Origin: Trichodesmium erythraeum IMS101
GTDB lineage: Bacteria; Cyanobacteriota; Cyanobacteriia; Cyanobacteriales; Microcoleaceae
Length of the DNA: 32,000 nt
Assembly: GCF_000014265.1 (NCBI RefSeq)
Contig: NC_008312.1
Span: forward strand, 1,800,001-1,832,000
Direction: 5' to 3'
Positions 28,262 to 32,000 of this stretch are shown here, piece after piece (position 1 is the stretch's first letter; every line of letters begins with the position of its first letter). A model generated the notes under the pieces. The model searched no databases. It saw nothing but the letters and a program-made list of their open reading frames with translations, and was not told the origin of the DNA. The position numbers were made by a program, and so were the translations under genes.

Positions 28262-28981
28262 GTGAATAATACTCGTACTGTTTCAGATACTAAGAAAACC
28301 TTTTATCACTTTCACACCCGTCCCATTAATTCAATATATAATCGGGTAATTGAAGAGTTGTTAGTGGAAATGCACCTGATTTCCGTTAATGTTGATTATA
28401 GCTATAACCCATTTTATGCTTTGGGTGTAGTTACAGCTTTTGACCGTTTTATGCAGGGATATTCTCCACAGGAGGATAAAACGTCGATTTTTAATGCTTT
28501 GATTCAAGGGCAAGAAGAGGATCCAAACAAATACCGTAGTGATGCTAAAGGTTTAGAAGATTTAGCTGGAAAAATCTCAGCGTCTGATATACTTTCATGG
28601 ATTTGTTTATCAAAAAATATAGATAATACTCAATATTTGCAAGATGATTTAAGAGCTATTTCTGAGAATTCAAAATTTAGGTATAGTCGCCTATTTGCTA
28701 TAGGTTTATTTACTTTACTGGAAATAGTAGATACAGAATTAATCAAGGAACAAGAGAAGCGTACAGAAGCACTTAAGAAAATTTGCCAATCTTTAAATTT
28801 GGTAGAAGAAAAGTTGTTAAAAGATATAGATTTGTATCTTAGTAACTTGGAAAGAGTAGCTCAAGCTCGTAGTGCTATGGAAGATACCCTCGCAGCCATG
28901 AGGAAAAAACGAGAAAAACGCAGCTTAGAAAAAGTAAATCTTTCTACTTCTGGGAACAAGACTTCAGAAGATAGTGAGTAA
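28262..28981 (+). CDS. thf1: Thylakoid formation protein Thf1 / Psb29
   Basis: [63 protein letters not shown] matches the Thf1/Psb29 N-terminal region as I recall it. The start is GTG. Confidence 0.9.
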
Positions 28982-29050
28982 GAAAAACAAAGTGATAATC
29001 TACTCAGTTAATCTTTATTTTTGCTGATTTTTTATATATATTAAATAAAT

Positions 29051-29076
29051 ATTATATAATTATATAATTATATAAT
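29051..29076. repeat. Tandem 8-bp repeat (ATTATATA) x 3.25
   Basis: Counted directly in the sequence. It lies within a 956-bp non-coding AT-rich spacer. Confidence 0.85.
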
Positions 29077-29937
29077 AGAGACTACATGCATTGTTAATTT
29101 ATGAAAAAATGGAGAAAAGGTAACAAAATTGTTTGATTATTTTGATTTTAAATTATATAGATAAAGTTTAAAACTTGTAGATATTATCTAAGCATTGAGT
29201 GGAGCAAAATATTGACTATTTATAACTTACTACTGTTAGGGTTAAAGTTATATAAATTTATACTCTTCAAATCATGAGATGGCTTTGATTAGATTGAGCA
29301 AGAAAACGAAAAAAACTTTTTATTAGTTTTATAGCATTTTTCATTATTCAAGAGTGCAGATATTTTTTTTACTTAAAAGCACTTATAAATAAATTTATGA
29401 TTAGGGGATATTTTGATATTTATAAAGTAAAAAATTATATCTATTTAGATTAAAGTGAATTCAATATTTACTTAGTGACTTACTTATTTATTTACTACTA
29501 CTTGAAATTGATTTATAACTTATGTTGATTTTACTTAATATAATTATTTAGTTATTAAAACTAATTTAAAAAGTTAATCTAGGCAGGTTAATATTAAAAA
29601 TCTACTGTCTACTTTACTAGAAGACTAACATAAAACTTCACTTACTTAGATGTTTTAATATTTACTTCTTGTTTGTTGTAACTTCAGTCGGCAGTGATAC
29701 TTTAGTTCGGCACTAAAGGTTTAGGTAGACTGCATCTGTTATGATTTATTATTTATACTTTTATATCATAAGTTTTCTATAGACAAATCAAGCTTATAGC
29801 AAGCAATCAAAGGTTAAAAGACTTGATAGCATATCCACTACCTAACTGTAGCTTGACCTTGTATTAGAAAATGTAGAAGATTGAAAAAATAATCCTTTGA
29901 AGGCTTTTGTTTCTTGCCTTACCTCTCGCCTCGCATT

Positions 29938-30477
29938 TTATGAATTAGGAGTTGTATCTTCAAATTCGTTAGCCATAGATTTGAGCAAGCTACTTAGTTG
30001 TGAGCTCACATCATTAGAAAAACTGCTCAAAACTTTAGAGTGAATTGGTTTTCGAGTAATATTCTGATCGATAGCTTCACTTACCTGTTTAGAAATCAAA
30101 TGTTGAAGCTCATCCTTAGCTTTAGACCTTTGAAACTGAGCACCTTCTTCAGTAGTCGCATACAAAGGAGGGAGTCTATTTAAAGCATAAGCTGCAATGT
30201 CTCCCACATCAAGAGTTTGATCGCTACTCCCTTCATTCTCTGCTACTCGTGCGATCGCCTCAGATAGAACTAACTCTTCCATCACATTAATAAATTGTTT
30301 GCGAGGTAAAACAACTACTTCTCCTGTTAATAAAGCTCCCATTAAACGATCAAGGGACATATACTCCTCAATAGACAATTCAGAAGCTGTATTACAAATT
30401 CGTCCTACTTCTGCTTCCATAGAAGGAGTTAAATAACCATCTTGTAGAGCTTGTTCAACAATTTTTTCTATACTCAT
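29938..30477 (-). CDS. ComFB-domain protein (late competence development protein ComFB family)
   Basis: The C-terminal two-thirds (INVMEELVLSEAI...VGDIAAYALNRLPPLYATTEEGAQFQR...LISKQVSEAI) carries the ALNRLPP.Y...EG pattern I associate with the ComFB domain. It contains a HIP1 site. Confidence 0.7.
   Translation of the reverse strand: MSIEKIVEQALQDGYLTPSMEAEVGRICNTASELSIEEYMSLDRLMGALLTGEVVVLPRKQFINVMEELVLSEAIARVAENEGSSDQTLDVGDIAAYALNRLPPLYATTEEGAQFQRSKAKDELQHLISKQVSEAIDQNITRKPIHSKVLSSFSNDVSSQLSSLLKSMANEFEDTTPNS
30251..30258. repeat. HIP1 palindrome GCGATCGC
   Basis: Exact octamer read in the sequence. Confidence 0.95.
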
Positions 30478-30693
30478 AACTTTTATGTAAGTTTATTTAT
30501 AATAACTGTCTAATATAGCAGTCGAATATTTTTCAGCAGACATTACTAAATTCTGAAATTTAGTCAGGGATGAGTTTTTACTCTTGAATTTTGTATAGCG
30601 CCTAAACATCTCTAACTTAATAATTTAGAATATGGTAATAAGTCCATCAAAGTCAACAGGAACCACCATATAATTTTTTTTTTAAAGTATAAC

Positions 30694-30714
30694 TAATCAG
30701 TTATCAGTTATAAC
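30694..30714. repeat. Short STRR-like heptamer repeat (taatcag ttatcag ttataac)
   Basis: This is the same TTATCAG unit seen at 24137-24164, here as about 3 partly degenerate copies in the spacer between the ComFB gene and the M23 peptidase gene. Confidence 0.5.
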
Positions 30715-30935
30715 TATCTCCGGCTCTCGCCATAGACTGGAAATACTAAACTTGATTTTTTCATTTTCTTAAAAGATCAGAGTTGATTTATTATCACCTT
30801 GTGAAAATTTCTATGCTATGAAAATCCTGTATCTTACTAAAGTTAATAAATATACAGTATGAGGTTACAAATACTCTCTAACCATAACGAGTTATCTCTA
30901 TCTTAAAAGTGGAGGTAATGGTGCTGACTTTTTGG

Positions 30936-31820
30936 TCATTCAATACCATCATATCGCCAAGGAATCGGATCTACAGCTTGACCATGTACATATAATCCCC
31001 AATGAAGATGAGGACCTGTAGAAGCACCTGTAGATCCTACAGTACCAATTTTCTGGCCAGCTTTCACTATACTACCTTCTTTCACATTGATACCACTCAA
31101 ATGGATCAAAATACTGGTTACTCCCTGACCATGGTCAATACCTACAGTATTACCATGAATTTCAAAACCTTGAGATTCTAATCCCACTAGAGCAATACGA
31201 CCAGCAGCAGGGGCAACAACAGGGGAACCATTGTAATCTGCGTAATCAACTCCGCGATGATAATAGTTTTCAGCAAAATTTCCATTATAGTACCTTCGCA
31301 CTCCGTAGACGGTACTAACTGGACCATTGTTAGGGCGAACAAATGGGCCTTTCCAGAGTTTGTCTGGGGTTACAAGTTGTTTAAATGCTCCCACTCTATC
31401 AAATTCTAAGTCTGTTCCTTCAATAGATTCTTTCTCAGGAGGTAGCCAAATAGATTGAGTGGGAAAAGAACGGCTTTGCAAATTCACAGTTAGATTTTGC
31501 ATACCTGTATCAGTAGTTACCTGAATTTGTCGGAGGCCAGATTTATCTAAAGGAGTTGTGGGTAACAATGCCCGGAATTTATTTTGTCCAAGAGGAAATG
31601 AGGGGTAAGTTTTTCCATCTATACTAACTGTGGGAGTTGAGAGCTTTGTATTTGATTGCTGAATCACAACAGATAGAGTATCCCCTAATTTTGGGTTATT
31701 GGGAGTTATTACTACAGTTTGACTGAGACCAGGTATGACTACTACAAGAATTGCTGTAACACTAGCTAAGATCAAACTATAGAGAAATCGCTTAATTTTA
31801 ACTGATAAAAATAAAAACAT
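30936..31820 (-). CDS. M23-family (LytM-type) metallopeptidase with an N-terminal membrane anchor or signal
   Basis: The H-x-x-x-D motif (HRGVDYA) and H-x-H motif (GPHLHWGLYVHG) of M23 peptidases are present, with an N-terminal hydrophobic segment LILASVTAILVVVIPGL. Confidence 0.85.
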   Translation of the reverse strand: MFLFLSVKIKRFLYSLILASVTAILVVVIPGLSQTVVITPNNPKLGDTLSVVIQQSNTKLSTPTVSIDGKTYPSFPLGQNKFRALLPTTPLDKSGLRQIQVTTDTGMQNLTVNLQSRSFPTQSIWLPPEKESIEGTDLEFDRVGAFKQLVTPDKLWKGPFVRPNNGPVSTVYGVRRYYNGNFAENYYHRGVDYADYNGSPVVAPAAGRIALVGLESQGFEIHGNTVGIDHGQGVTSILIHLSGINVKEGSIVKAGQKIGTVGSTGASTGPHLHWGLYVHGQAVDPIPWRYDGIE

Positions 31821-32000
31821 TAATTATTTGTATTTGAGATTCTTTAGTTCAATTAAATAAAAGTTCAATTTTTTTATTTATACAATTTAGAAATATCCAA
31901 TAATTCATGTGAAACTATTATCGAAAGGTTCTTAAATTTAAATTTGCAGATATTACTTTTAAAGTAGGAATAATAATAGTTCAAGATACAAATTAATTTT

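Noticed and set aside
28144-28269. 41-codon ATG ORF overlapping the thf1 start (possible upstream or leader peptide)
   Set aside because: It has no recognisable motif and no obvious ribosome-binding site. The Thf1 N-terminus aligns well from the GTG at 28262 without it.
1-32000. tRNA, rRNA, tmRNA, RNase P RNA or SRP RNA genes
   Set aside because: I scanned by eye for T-loop-like GGTTCGAATCC/GGTTCGATTCC motifs and their complements, and for hallmark strings of tmRNA, RNase P RNA and 4.5S RNA. I found none. A proper tRNAscan/Rfam run is still advisable.

Overview
This is an AT-rich cyanobacterial chromosome segment, roughly one-third G+C by eye. The cyanobacterial origin rests on four HIP1 GCGATCGC palindromes, the genes ndhS, thf1/psb29 and an HCF101-type mrp, and TTATCAG heptamer repeats typical of Nostocales. 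The content is almost entirely housekeeping. In order: speA (3' part), a sugar-phosphate nucleotidyltransferase, scpA, a short ssb divergent from mreB-mreC-mreD, argB, a DUF948/YtxH pair, recG, tsf-rpsB, ndhS, mrp/HCF101, hemF, a STAS antagonist, thf1, a ComFB-family protein and an M23 peptidase. I found no tRNA, rRNA or CRISPR array, and I do not see a convincing intact novel multi-gene system. What stands out is genome erosion. By my tally, intact CDSs cover only about 19.4 of 32 kb (about 61%), and there are many 0.5-1 kb AT-rich spacers. At least five gene relics are present: a TnpB/IS605-family pseudogene, an IS630 transposase relic, an Rpn/PD-(D/E)XK transposase-like stub, a truncated trypco2-like ORF, and a TPR plus alpha/beta-hydrolase gene broken by a frameshift and a stop. 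This pattern fits a reduced-genome heterocyst-forming-type cyanobacterium such as a symbiont, but that is inference only. Secondary curiosities are listed as findings: a perfect 7 x 9-bp tandem repeat beside recG, a 17-bp A/T-only inverted repeat after tsf, a GC-rich hairpin inside the TnpB relic, a candidate minus-strand terminator or small RNA between mrp and hemF, and an uncharacterised acidic coiled-coil protein. All product calls come from motif recognition by eye and memory, not from searches.
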